Shown here piece after piece: positions 1 through 7,611 of a stretch of DNA of 64,000 bases. Position numbers and translations under genes: made by a program. The DNA comes from Candidatus Cloacimonadales bacterium (lineage in GTDB: Bacteria; Cloacimonadota; Cloacimonadia; Cloacimonadales; JAFGVF01): assembly GCA_963663475.2 (NCBI GenBank), contig CAXXJV010000001.1, positions 352,001 through 416,000 on the forward strand, written 5' to 3'. How positions within the stretch are numbered: the first letter of the stretch is position 1; each line of letters starts with the position of its first letter. The notes under the pieces are model-generated. The model did not search any database, was not told the DNA's origin, and was given only the letters and a program-made list of their open reading frames with translations.

Positions 1-145
1 ACCTTAAGAGGGTTGATTTCCCAGAGCCAGACAGTCCTAAAAGAATCAAGAATTCACCCTCTTTGATTTCTAAATCAATATCTTTAAGGGCATGAGTTGA
101 TTCATCATAGAACTTGTTTAATTTGTTTATTTCTATTATACTCAT
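1..145 (-). CDS. phnC: Phosphonate/phosphate ABC transporter ATP-binding protein, 5' part only (runs off the window)
   Basis: Manual translation from ATG at 145 gives [48 protein letters not shown] with Walker A. Directly follows the phnD-like gene. Not in the ORF track. Confidence 0.8.
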   Translation of the reverse strand, partial: MSIIEINKLNKFYDESTHALKDIDLEIKEGEFLILLGLSGSGKSTLLR

Positions 146-149
146 TTTT

Positions 150-1043
150 TTAATCTAATTTGGCTGTATCAATTAAATCCAACTTTTTCTTGATATTTTC
201 ATAAGCTGAATCATCAACTCTTTTCAAATCATCAATATCATAAAGTTCTTTGAAAGCTTTTTTACCAAGCTCACTATCCTTAAACTCTGTAATTGCAGCA
301 ATCATCTTATCTGCTATCTCTTGAGGTAACTCTTTTCTAAAAGTGCAATTATCATTAGGAATCCAGTCTGTAAATCCAATAATCTTAACCTTCTCAAATA
401 TCTCAGGCTCTTCTGTAAGAAGTTTCTTTCTTGCATCTTGAGGAATACCATCAACTGCTGGAGACCAATAAGAACAACCTACATCAGCTTTACCCTGCAA
501 GACAGCTCTAATTACTGTATCATGTCCACCTAAAAAGACTTTCTTGCCTGGTTCAATCTTTTCATAAGCTAAAAGAGCTGAAGGAAAGATATAACCAGAG
601 GTGGAAGAGGCATCAGAATAAGCAATAGTTTTACCTGCTATATCTTCAATAGATTTAATATCAGAATCAGCACGAGCTACAAATTGTCCTTTATATTCAG
701 AAAGACCACTTCTAACAGTTTGGAAGGTAACATAAGCACCATATTTCTTATTTGCTAAGTAGTAAGCATAGGTAGGAAACCAAGCAATATCAGCTCTCCC
801 CACTCCCATTGCTTCAATAACAGCAGCATAGGAGGTAGGAACATTTGTTTCAATTTCTAAACCACTAATTCTTTCTAATTCTTCTTCAATAAGTGTACCT
901 GAAGAAATTAGTTTGTTATGTTCTAAAGATGGGACAAAATACATCTTAACTGGGTTTTTCTTTGAACCTAAGGGAGCTTTTCCACAAGCCAAGGTTAAAG
1001 CTAAAATTATAATAATACAAGTAATTTTAAAAATTCTATACAT
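150..1043 (-). CDS. phnD: Phosphate/phosphite/phosphonate ABC transporter substrate-binding lipoprotein
   Basis: Lipobox LTLAC, plus motifs [18 protein letters not shown] and GGHD typical of the PhnD family. Confidence 0.8.
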   Translation of the reverse strand: MYRIFKITCIIIILALTLACGKAPLGSKKNPVKMYFVPSLEHNKLISSGTLIEEELERISGLEIETNVPTSYAAVIEAMGVGRADIAWFPTYAYYLANKKYGAYVTFQTVRSGLSEYKGQFVARADSDIKSIEDIAGKTIAYSDASSTSGYIFPSALLAYEKIEPGKKVFLGGHDTVIRAVLQGKADVGCSYWSPAVDGIPQDARKKLLTEEPEIFEKVKIIGFTDWIPNDNCTFRKELPQEIADKMIAAITEFKDSELGKKAFKELYDIDDLKRVDDSAYENIKKKLDLIDTAKLD

Positions 1044-1055
1044 AGTTTACTCCTT

Positions 1056-1739
1056 TTATAATATACTTTTAAGATCTAACAAAGACCTTATATCATAGTC
1101 AGCCTTTGTATCGGATATTTTATCCTTAGGATTATACCAGCAGGTAGTAATCCCATAGTTAATGCCACCTTTAATATCTGAATTTATACTGTCTCCTATA
1201 ATCATAACTTTTTCTTTATCTTCAATAGCATTTTTCTGGAAAAGAGTATGGAAGAAGTTTTCATGAGGTTTTTGGTATCCTATTTCCTGGGAAATACCAA
1301 TAAACGAGAAGTAGTCATGCATTTGACTAGCCTTCAATCTTGGATATTGTACATCAGGCAAACCATTACTTGCCAGAATTAAATTGTAGCCTTTATTACG
1401 TAGGTAATCTAATATTTCATAAGAACCAGGTAAAGGAAAAGCATTTTGAGATAGGAACCTAGCATATTGACTAGCACAATCTTCAGGATCAATATCCTTC
1501 TTACCTATCTGGGTCATAAATTCTCTATGACGCTGGATTTTAAGCTCTTCTAGACTTATTCTCCCTTCTTCAAACTTATGCCAAAAGCCATTGTTTATCG
1601 TCTTGTATCTATACTGTAAGGACTGAAAATCACCTTGAATGTGATAAAAATCAAAGAGTTCTGAAAGAGCATTAGTCTCTGCTAAATCGTAATCTAATAA
1701 TGTGTTATCTAAATCAAAAATTATATGTTCATACTTCAT
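1056..1739 (-). CDS. HAD-superfamily hydrolase, YjjG-like pyrimidine nucleotidase
   Basis: HAD motifs FDLDNTL, SNG, KP and IGDSINSDIKG. Confidence 0.8.
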   Translation of the reverse strand: MKYEHIIFDLDNTLLDYDLAETNALSELFDFYHIQGDFQSLQYRYKTINNGFWHKFEEGRISLEELKIQRHREFMTQIGKKDIDPEDCASQYARFLSQNAFPLPGSYEILDYLRNKGYNLILASNGLPDVQYPRLKASQMHDYFSFIGISQEIGYQKPHENFFHTLFQKNAIEDKEKVMIIGDSINSDIKGGINYGITTCWYNPKDKISDTKADYDIRSLLDLKSIL

Positions 1740-1764
1740 TTACTACCCTTTGTTAACTGTTTAA

Positions 1765-1839
1765 CCAGATTTGCGCAGTAGAACTTTGATAAAGAATACT
1801 AGATTCTGCTATTCGCAAAGGTCTGCTGCATTATTTGGC
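1765..1839 (+). mobile_element. Family A MITE, internally deleted copy
   Basis: Both termini are kept (CCAGAT...GCAGTAGAAC and GGTCTGCTGCATTATTTGGC). TTTAA flanks both sides. Confidence 0.7.
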
Positions 1840-1892
1840 TTTAATAATGTTTTTACATTTTTTTCTATCTTTCACTTCTAGCAAGAAAAAGT

Positions 1893-3158
1893 CTATTCCA
1901 TAACCCAATCTTCAAACATTGGAGAAATAATAACTATATTCCTAGCAAGTTCTTTTTTTATAGAATCACTGTCAAAATTGTCAAGTGTTAATCCTTGGCT
2001 ATTAAAAATATCTTTTGAGAATAGAGGTATTTGCTTTTCTCTTAACTTAATCTGTCCTTTGATATCAGAGAAAGTAAGCAAACCACATACCGTAACTGTT
2101 TCTCCCATGAAATTATTTTTTACTAGCTGAACTTCAGCTTTATAGGGAGAGATTAGCCCCTCAAGCTCTTCAGCAATTTGCTTAATATACTTCTGAGCTG
2201 AATAACCAGTAACAAATAAAAGATCCTCCTTAACTTCTGTTAAAATAAAATTAGCAAAAGACTCTTTTTCATACTGCCAGTTATCCAAGAGCATTCTCAC
2301 CATGCCAATACCATTTTCAATTTCATCAAAAGAACCATAATATTCTGCTTGTGGTATTGCTTTATCTGCCTTTATGTAAAACTCGTCAGAAGCATAAATA
2401 TAAGGGAAGTCCTCCCTATATTTATCAATAATTCTGATAACCTCTCCGGCTTGCTCTTGGCTAAATAGTGGTAATTCTTTTAACCCTTGTCGGTGCTTTG
2501 TTAACCCAACAGGAACTACCCCTACTCCTAAAGTAGCTAGGTCAGGACTAGACAAATCGGCTAAAGATTTTTCTAATTCTCTCCCATCATTAAGTCCTGG
2601 TACTAATACCAATTGAGTATGATAATCAATCCCATTATCAGCCAATTTTTTGAGAATAGCCATAATATCAAAATCTTGCTTATACCTCATCATCTCTTTT
2701 CTTAATCTTGAGTTTGTTGAATGAACTGAAATATAAAGAGGACTTATCTTCATTTGAATTATCTTATCTAGCTTTTGCGGACTCATATTTGTTAAAGTAA
2801 CATAGTTGCCATAAATAAAGGAGTAAGAATAATCATCATCCTTTACATAAAGAGTCTGCCTCATTCCCTTGGGCATCTGATCAATAAAACAGAATATGCA
2901 ATTATTCACACATTCACGACAATGATGGTCTTCTATTTCTATACCTAATGTTTCCTCATAAGTCTTACTTCCCTGTAAGATCAATCTCTTATTATCCCTC
3001 ATAAGTTCTATTTTCAATTGAGCTTCTGCTCCAAAAAAATTTAAATCAAGAAAGTCCTCAACAAATACATCATTTATTTTGAGAATTAAGTCATTCCTTT
3101 TGATTCCTATCTCATCAGCAAAACTCTGTAATTCAACTTCTTTTACAATTATAGCCAT
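1893..3158 (-). CDS. PDZ + radical-SAM-like DUF512 family protein
   Basis: N-terminal PDZ-like segment, CVNNCIFCFIDQMP motif, KDDDY and QI/EIENGIG-type motifs. Confidence 0.8.
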   Translation of the reverse strand: MAIIVKEVELQSFADEIGIKRNDLILKINDVFVEDFLDLNFFGAEAQLKIELMRDNKRLILQGSKTYEETLGIEIEDHHCRECVNNCIFCFIDQMPKGMRQTLYVKDDDYSYSFIYGNYVTLTNMSPQKLDKIIQMKISPLYISVHSTNSRLRKEMMRYKQDFDIMAILKKLADNGIDYHTQLVLVPGLNDGRELEKSLADLSSPDLATLGVGVVPVGLTKHRQGLKELPLFSQEQAGEVIRIIDKYREDFPYIYASDEFYIKADKAIPQAEYYGSFDEIENGIGMVRMLLDNWQYEKESFANFILTEVKEDLLFVTGYSAQKYIKQIAEELEGLISPYKAEVQLVKNNFMGETVTVCGLLTFSDIKGQIKLREKQIPLFSKDIFNSQGLTLDNFDSDSIKKELARNIVIISPMFEDWVME

Positions 3159-3257
3159 CTATTCCTCTATTTCTTTATAAGCTCTTCAATTAAGCAACTT
3201 GTTATAGTATTTTTTCAAATCAAGTATTATTACTTTTGATTATCATTTTCTCTTAAT

Positions 3258-3345
3258 CCCTATAATACTGTAGACTTTTTGGAGAGAGTGTAAATCCATC
3301 AAAAGAATATTAAGCTTTTCACAAAAGTCTACTCCATTATTTGGC
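3258..3345. repeat. Degenerate family A-like hairpin remnant
   Basis: CCCTATAATACTGTAGACTTTT...AAAAGTCTACTCCATTATTTGGC inverted ends resemble the family A termini. Flanks are TTAAT and TTGAT. Confidence 0.5.
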
Positions 3346-3359
3346 TTGATAATTATCAA
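3346..3359. promoter_or_regulatory. Perfect palindrome TTGAT-AATT-ATCAA (FNR/CRP-family-like box) upstream of the oxidative-stress operon
   Basis: Exact match to TTGAT-N4-ATCAA, about 100 bp upstream of dfx. Confidence 0.4.
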
Positions 3360-3455
3360 TTTTCTGAGTAAATGATAAATGTCCAGTTTTTTTAATTGCA
3401 TTTTTTCCAGATGCACTTATTATATATTTATAAAAATTATAAATAGGAGGAAAAT

Positions 3456-3836
3456 ATGACAAAATTAAGAGAAATCTATCACTGCCCAATCTGTGGAAAC
3501 GTTGTTGAATTAGTATATCCAGGACAACCAGCTCTAGTCTGCTGTAACGAGCCAATGAAATTATTAGAAGGTAAAACTGCTGATATGGCTACTGAAAAAC
3601 ACGTTCCAGTAATTGAAGAAAAAGACGGCGGTGTCTTAGTTAAAGTGGGTTCTACAACTCACCCAATGACTGACGAACATCATATTGCCTTTATTGAAGT
3701 ATTAACAAAAGACATGGTTTATCGTGCTGAACTTTCACATACCCAAGCACCTGAAGCCTTCTTCAATGTTAAAAAAGATGATATTATTGAGGCAAGAGAA
3801 TATTGTAATTTACATGGTCTTTGGAAAACAAGTTAA
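3456..3836 (+). CDS. dfx: Desulfoferrodoxin (superoxide reductase)
   Basis: CPICGN...CC desulforedoxin domain, then EKHVP, HPM..EHHI and CNLHGLW. AGGAGG RBS. Confidence 0.95.
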   Translation: MTKLREIYHCPICGNVVELVYPGQPALVCCNEPMKLLEGKTADMATEKHVPVIEEKDGGVLVKVGSTTHPMTDEHHIAFIEVLTKDMVYRAELSHTQAPEAFFNVKKDDIIEAREYCNLHGLWKTS

Positions 3837-3866
3837 TTTCAAAAAAAAATAGAGAGGTATTAAAAA

Positions 3867-4457
3867 ATGTCTTTAAAAGGAACTAAAACTGCTGAAAATT
3901 TAATGAAAGCATTTGCTGGTGAATCACAAGCTAAAAACAGATATGAATTTGCTGCTAAAACAGCTAAAAAAGAAGGATTTGAACAAATCTCAGCTATTTT
4001 CTTAGAAACAGCTTTAAACGAACAAGAACATGCAAAAATCTTCTTTAAACATCTTGTTAATAATGGTGTTGAAGGTGATGCAATTGAAATCACAGCCAGC
4101 TATCCTGCTGCTTGGGCTCAAAAAGATACTTTAAAAAATCTAGAGTATGCTGCTGATGGAGAAAATGAAGAGTGGACAGACCTCTATCCTGAATTTGCTA
4201 AAATTGCTGATGAAGAAGGCTTCCCACAAATAGCTGCTTCTTTCCGTGTTATTGCTAAAATTGAAAAGCATCACGAAGAAAGATATAGAATGCTCCATGA
4301 AAGAGTTAAAGCTCATGAAGTATTCAAAAAAGATGGTAAAGTTTATTGGAAATGTAGAAAATGTGGATACTTACATGAAAGCTTAGAAGCTCCTTCTATC
4401 TGCCCATCATGCTCTCATCCACAAGGATATTTTGAATTATTGTGCGAAAAATATTAA
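3867..4457 (+). CDS. rbr: Rubrerythrin
   Basis: [12 protein letters not shown] and EKHHE diiron motifs, with a C-terminal CRKC...CPSC rubredoxin domain. Confidence 0.95.
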   Translation: MSLKGTKTAENLMKAFAGESQAKNRYEFAAKTAKKEGFEQISAIFLETALNEQEHAKIFFKHLVNNGVEGDAIEITASYPAAWAQKDTLKNLEYAADGENEEWTDLYPEFAKIADEEGFPQIAASFRVIAKIEKHHEERYRMLHERVKAHEVFKKDGKVYWKCRKCGYLHESLEAPSICPSCSHPQGYFELLCEKY

Positions 4458-4475
4458 TTTAAAAAGGGGATCTGA

Positions 4476-4616
4476 ATGGAAAAGTATCAATGTTTAGTGT
4501 GTGGATATATCTACAATCCGGCCGAGAATAATAATGTATCTTTTGAAGACCTACCAGAAGACTGGGTTTGCCCAGAATGTGGAGTAGGAAAAGATATGTT
4601 TGAAGTAATTGACTAA
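4476..4616 (+). CDS. Rubredoxin (46 aa, below the ORF-track cutoff)
   Basis: Manual translation [46 protein letters not shown] has two CxxCG motifs. AAGGGG RBS. Confidence 0.95.
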   Translation: MEKYQCLVCGYIYNPAENNNVSFEDLPEDWVCPECGVGKDMFEVID

Positions 4617-4705
4617 AAACTTATTATGAGTTAAGGATTGATTAGGATTTAGCATTTACTTTTCCATAAAGTTGCTGATATTTCCTTGTCAATTTAGGAG
4701 TACTA

Positions 4706-5158
4706 ATGACAAAATCTGAGTTTGATAAAGTAATTGAATTCGCTATTTTAAGAGAACAAGATGCTGTAGATTTTTATCATGAATTGCAAAATCATGCTAA
4801 GTTTGCAGACCAAAAACAAATGCTGATTGATTTCGAAAATATGGAAAAAGGTCATATAGCCATTCTTAAAAATATCCATAAGAAAGGTTTAGACTTTTTA
4901 GATCCTAATAAACCTTCTAACATGCAAACTAGTGATTACATGTTAGCTGATTATGATCAAGATAATCTGAGCTACGATAAAATCTTAGTAATTGCTATGA
5001 AAAGAGAAGAGTACTCTTATAAGTTATATAAAGATTTAGCAACTAAGTTCCCTGATACTGAAGTAGCTACTCTCTTTAATAACTTAGCTGCTGAAGAGAT
5101 TAAACATAAAAATCAATTCGCTGACATGTATGATAAACATGTTTTAAAAGATAATTAA
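4706..5158 (+). CDS. Ferritin-like / rubrerythrin-domain diiron protein
   Basis: Repeated AIxRE...Y...ExxH helices. Last gene of the oxidative-stress cluster. Confidence 0.8.
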   Translation: MTKSEFDKVIEFAILREQDAVDFYHELQNHAKFADQKQMLIDFENMEKGHIAILKNIHKKGLDFLDPNKPSNMQTSDYMLADYDQDNLSYDKILVIAMKREEYSYKLYKDLATKFPDTEVATLFNNLAAEEIKHKNQFADMYDKHVLKDN

Positions 5159-5182
5159 TTTAACCTGATCGTAATTATATAG

Positions 5183-5216
5183 AGCATAGCCTATTATTTT
5201 AGGCTATGCTTTTTTA
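5183..5216 (+). terminator. Rho-independent terminator
   Basis: AGCATAGCCT-loop-AGGCTATGCT followed by a T run. Confidence 0.8.
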
Positions 5217-5239
5217 CTTTTTAGTAAACAGTTAAAAAA

Positions 5240-5625
5240 GGCTCTTGTTCAAGTCTGGTGGGGATAATCCCAGATAGTGTAGTAGAGCTTTAGTGAAGAG
5301 TGCAGATTATTCTAGCAAAATAGCTTACAGAATTTTGACGCATATATTTTATATATTCGGAGAAATTATGGAAGCTACTTTTGCAGAAGAATATAGTGCT
5401 ATTCACAAAGGTCTACTGCATTATTTGGGATAATATAGGTAAATGAGAATATTTCATTACAATATTGATTCATCAAAAATCCCTGAAAGATAAGATGCTG
5501 ACTTGTGAAGGCGTAGCTTTAGCGAAGATTCAAAGTATCGCAAGCCTGGGTAATGATGGCTAGCCCAAAGATATTACCCTGTAAGGGTTTAATAAAACGA
5601 TAAATAATGTATTATTATAATAAGT
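5240..5625 (-). mobile_element. Family B MITE, partial reversed copy containing a family A copy and a family C insert
   Basis: Begins GGCTCTTGTTCAAGTCTGGTGG and then matches the reverse complement of about 13545-13740. Confidence 0.8.
5269..5429 (+). mobile_element. Family A MITE, full length (161 bp), nested in family B
   Basis: CCC...GGG imperfect inverted ends. ATAAT is duplicated on both sides; the corresponding empty site in the B copy ending at 13753 has a single ATAAT. Confidence 0.9.
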
Positions 5626-6489
5626 TTATTGCACTCTTCTACCTAGTCTAAGTCCTAACTTAAAACTCATATAATATTGGACTTTTTCAAACTCATCTTC
5701 TCCTACAATTTGGTTCTCAACACCACCACCAACAGAAGAATATACAGGACCGAGCTTTAGAGTGTACAACAACTCTGCACCTATCGCCTGAAGGTGTTTC
5801 TCGCGTGAAATACCAGAAATAGATTTATTTCTTTCTGTATGGGCTGAAGAATGATAAATTGCCACAGTTGGGTAACTGGTCCTCTTATGTAAATCATTCT
5901 GAGTCCCTAGGAGAATTGCTGCTCTAGTTTCTAAAGAATGTGCATCATATTTAGCAGCCTGTCCTATGCTATCGAACAAATTTCGGGAAAGACTCATAAA
6001 CATCGAAACTCTAAGGGGTTTCTCAGGATTACTAAGTAACCTCTTGTATCCTATTTTAAAACCAGTAAGTTTTGTTCTGCATTGAAATTTTTTTGTTGTA
6101 GTATCATCTCCTGAGGAATAAGAATAAGTATTTGTTCCTCCTTCAGATCCTGCAAGTAAACCTAAGGATAATTCATCAAGATCTGTCAGCCCTAACCTGA
6201 GTGTATAATCATTGTAAATATAAGAACTTGAAGTATTTGAGCCAGTTGCAGAGATTTCTGTGTCATCTTCATCCCAAACTTCATATTCAGTAACATAAAT
6301 CTTATCTAACGTTCTGATCTTTTTAAAAGACACTTCAATCCCAAAAGATCCCCTTTCAATTGGTAAAGCTTCTTCTCCTAAACCTATAGTTCTTGAAACA
6401 GAAGAACTTGATTGATCAACTATACTACAACCACTGAAAATTATTATTCCCAATCCTATTAATACTAAATACATACAAAGCTTTTTCAT
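5626..6489 (-). CDS. Hypothetical lipoprotein, possibly beta-strand rich
   Basis: Lipobox IFSGC. Alternating hydrophobic beta-strand patterns. No family recognised. Confidence 0.6.
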   Translation of the reverse strand: MKKLCMYLVLIGLGIIIFSGCSIVDQSSSSVSRTIGLGEEALPIERGSFGIEVSFKKIRTLDKIYVTEYEVWDEDDTEISATGSNTSSSYIYNDYTLRLGLTDLDELSLGLLAGSEGGTNTYSYSSGDDTTTKKFQCRTKLTGFKIGYKRLLSNPEKPLRVSMFMSLSRNLFDSIGQAAKYDAHSLETRAAILLGTQNDLHKRTSYPTVAIYHSSAHTERNKSISGISREKHLQAIGAELLYTLKLGPVYSSVGGGVENQIVGEDEFEKVQYYMSFKLGLRLGRRVQ

Positions 6490-6685
6490 ATTATCCCCTT
6501 TTTAGCTTACCATTTTTTTATATCTGTTTCTCTTTTTATATATTTTACCACTAATGTCAAGCTTTATTGTTAACTTATTTTATCCTAGTATCTGAGACAA
6601 TTCATGAATTTATGAATTTATGGGTTTATCAACAACATGCTTATCAAGTTAGTTTTTTATTCTTGACCTTATTCATCCCCTACTC

Positions 6686-6762
6686 ATCCCTTACCCTTCC
6701 TTTACACTCTTTCGATGAAAGTCCAGGTTTCATCGAAAGAGTGTAAAGGAAGGGTAAGGGAT
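6686..6762 (+). repeat. Family E hairpin: perfect 35-bp stem with GTCCAGG loop
   Basis: ATCCCTTACCCTTCCTTTACACTCTTTCGATGAAA followed by its exact reverse complement. Further copies at 43230 and 61806. Confidence 0.9.
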
Positions 6763-6894
6763 CAATAAGGAAAATTTGAGACATTTCTTAGATTTTTTTG
6801 CTAAATAGGACCATTTTGAAAAAAATGGACCCTTAAAGATTATGAGGGCTTGTTAAAAAACTTCAAGAAAATCTAAGAAAAGGAGGATAAAGCA

Positions 6895-7611
6895 ATGGTT
6901 GTTATTGAATTTAAAATACCACACGGATTAAAAGCCAAAGCTAGAAGAGAGGGATATTCTCTAGTAAAATATTCAAAACAGCCCTTTTATCACCTCCGAA
7001 AAAAAAATTCTCCTAAAATAGGGAAAAATCATCATAAGTTCCGCAATACCATGCAAGAACTAAAAATATCTTATAGAAAGCTTAATGATGCTGAAAAGCT
7101 AGCACTGAAAGAAAGGAGAAAAAAGGAAGGAAGTACTAAGTCAGACTGGATTCAATTTGTCAGAGAATATTATAGAGGGATTAGTCGTCAAGCTCTTAAA
7201 GAAAAAAGACAAGTAAAAGCTCAAAACAAGAAAGATCAAGTTAACAAGCCACAAAAAGGAATTGAAAGTAAGAATTTAAGAGAAATGAAGAGTGACGAGA
7301 CTTGCTCACGGAGTAGCGACTTCCGACAAATCAACTTATATTCGTCCGAAGTCCCTTGCCTAGGGCTGAGGAAGTCTGGTCTCCAACCCTTATTGACGGG
7401 AGTTGCTCACGTAGTAGCGACTTCCGACAGCTTATATTCGTCCGAAGTCCCTTGCCTACGGCTGAGGAACTCCGGTCTCAAACAACTCAGCGACTTCCGA
7501 CACTCTTCACCCGAAGTCCCTTGCCTAGGGCTGAGGAAGTCTGGTCTCCAACTCACTATTTCATCAACACTATTTTGTGAGTTTGAGATTTTCCCTCAAC
7601 TTCAAGCCTAA
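6895..7611 (+). CDS. Small basic hypothetical protein (about 130 aa) whose frame reads on through the family D repeat array
   Basis: Strong AAGGAGG RBS and Lys/Arg-rich N-terminus. From about residue 131 it translates the repeats. Overlaps the convergent gene by 56 bp. Confidence 0.55.
   Translation: MVVIEFKIPHGLKAKARREGYSLVKYSKQPFYHLRKKNSPKIGKNHHKFRNTMQELKISYRKLNDAEKLALKERRKKEGSTKSDWIQFVREYYRGISRQALKEKRQVKAQNKKDQVNKPQKGIESKNLREMKSDETCSRSSDFRQINLYSSEVPCLGLRKSGLQPLLTGVAHVVATSDSLYSSEVPCLRLRNSGLKQLSDFRHSSPEVPCLGLRKSGLQLTISSTLFCEFEIFPQLQA
7285..7552 (+). repeat. Family D REPIN-like array, 3 units
   Basis: Units of AGCGACTTCCGAC - short variable loop - (G)TCCGAAGTCCCTTGCCTAGGGCTGAGGAAGTCTGGTCTCCAAC. 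Confidence 0.85.

Noticed and set aside
6686-6762. E hairpin as a hammerhead ribozyme or terminator
   Set aside because: It has GATGA and GAAA but lacks the CUGAUGA core and three-stem junction, and there is no U tract.
7285-7552. D arrays as a CRISPR array (repeat ends in CAAC)
   Set aside because: Only 2-3 units with irregular period. The intervening sequences are related to each other and pair with the repeat. No cas genes are present.
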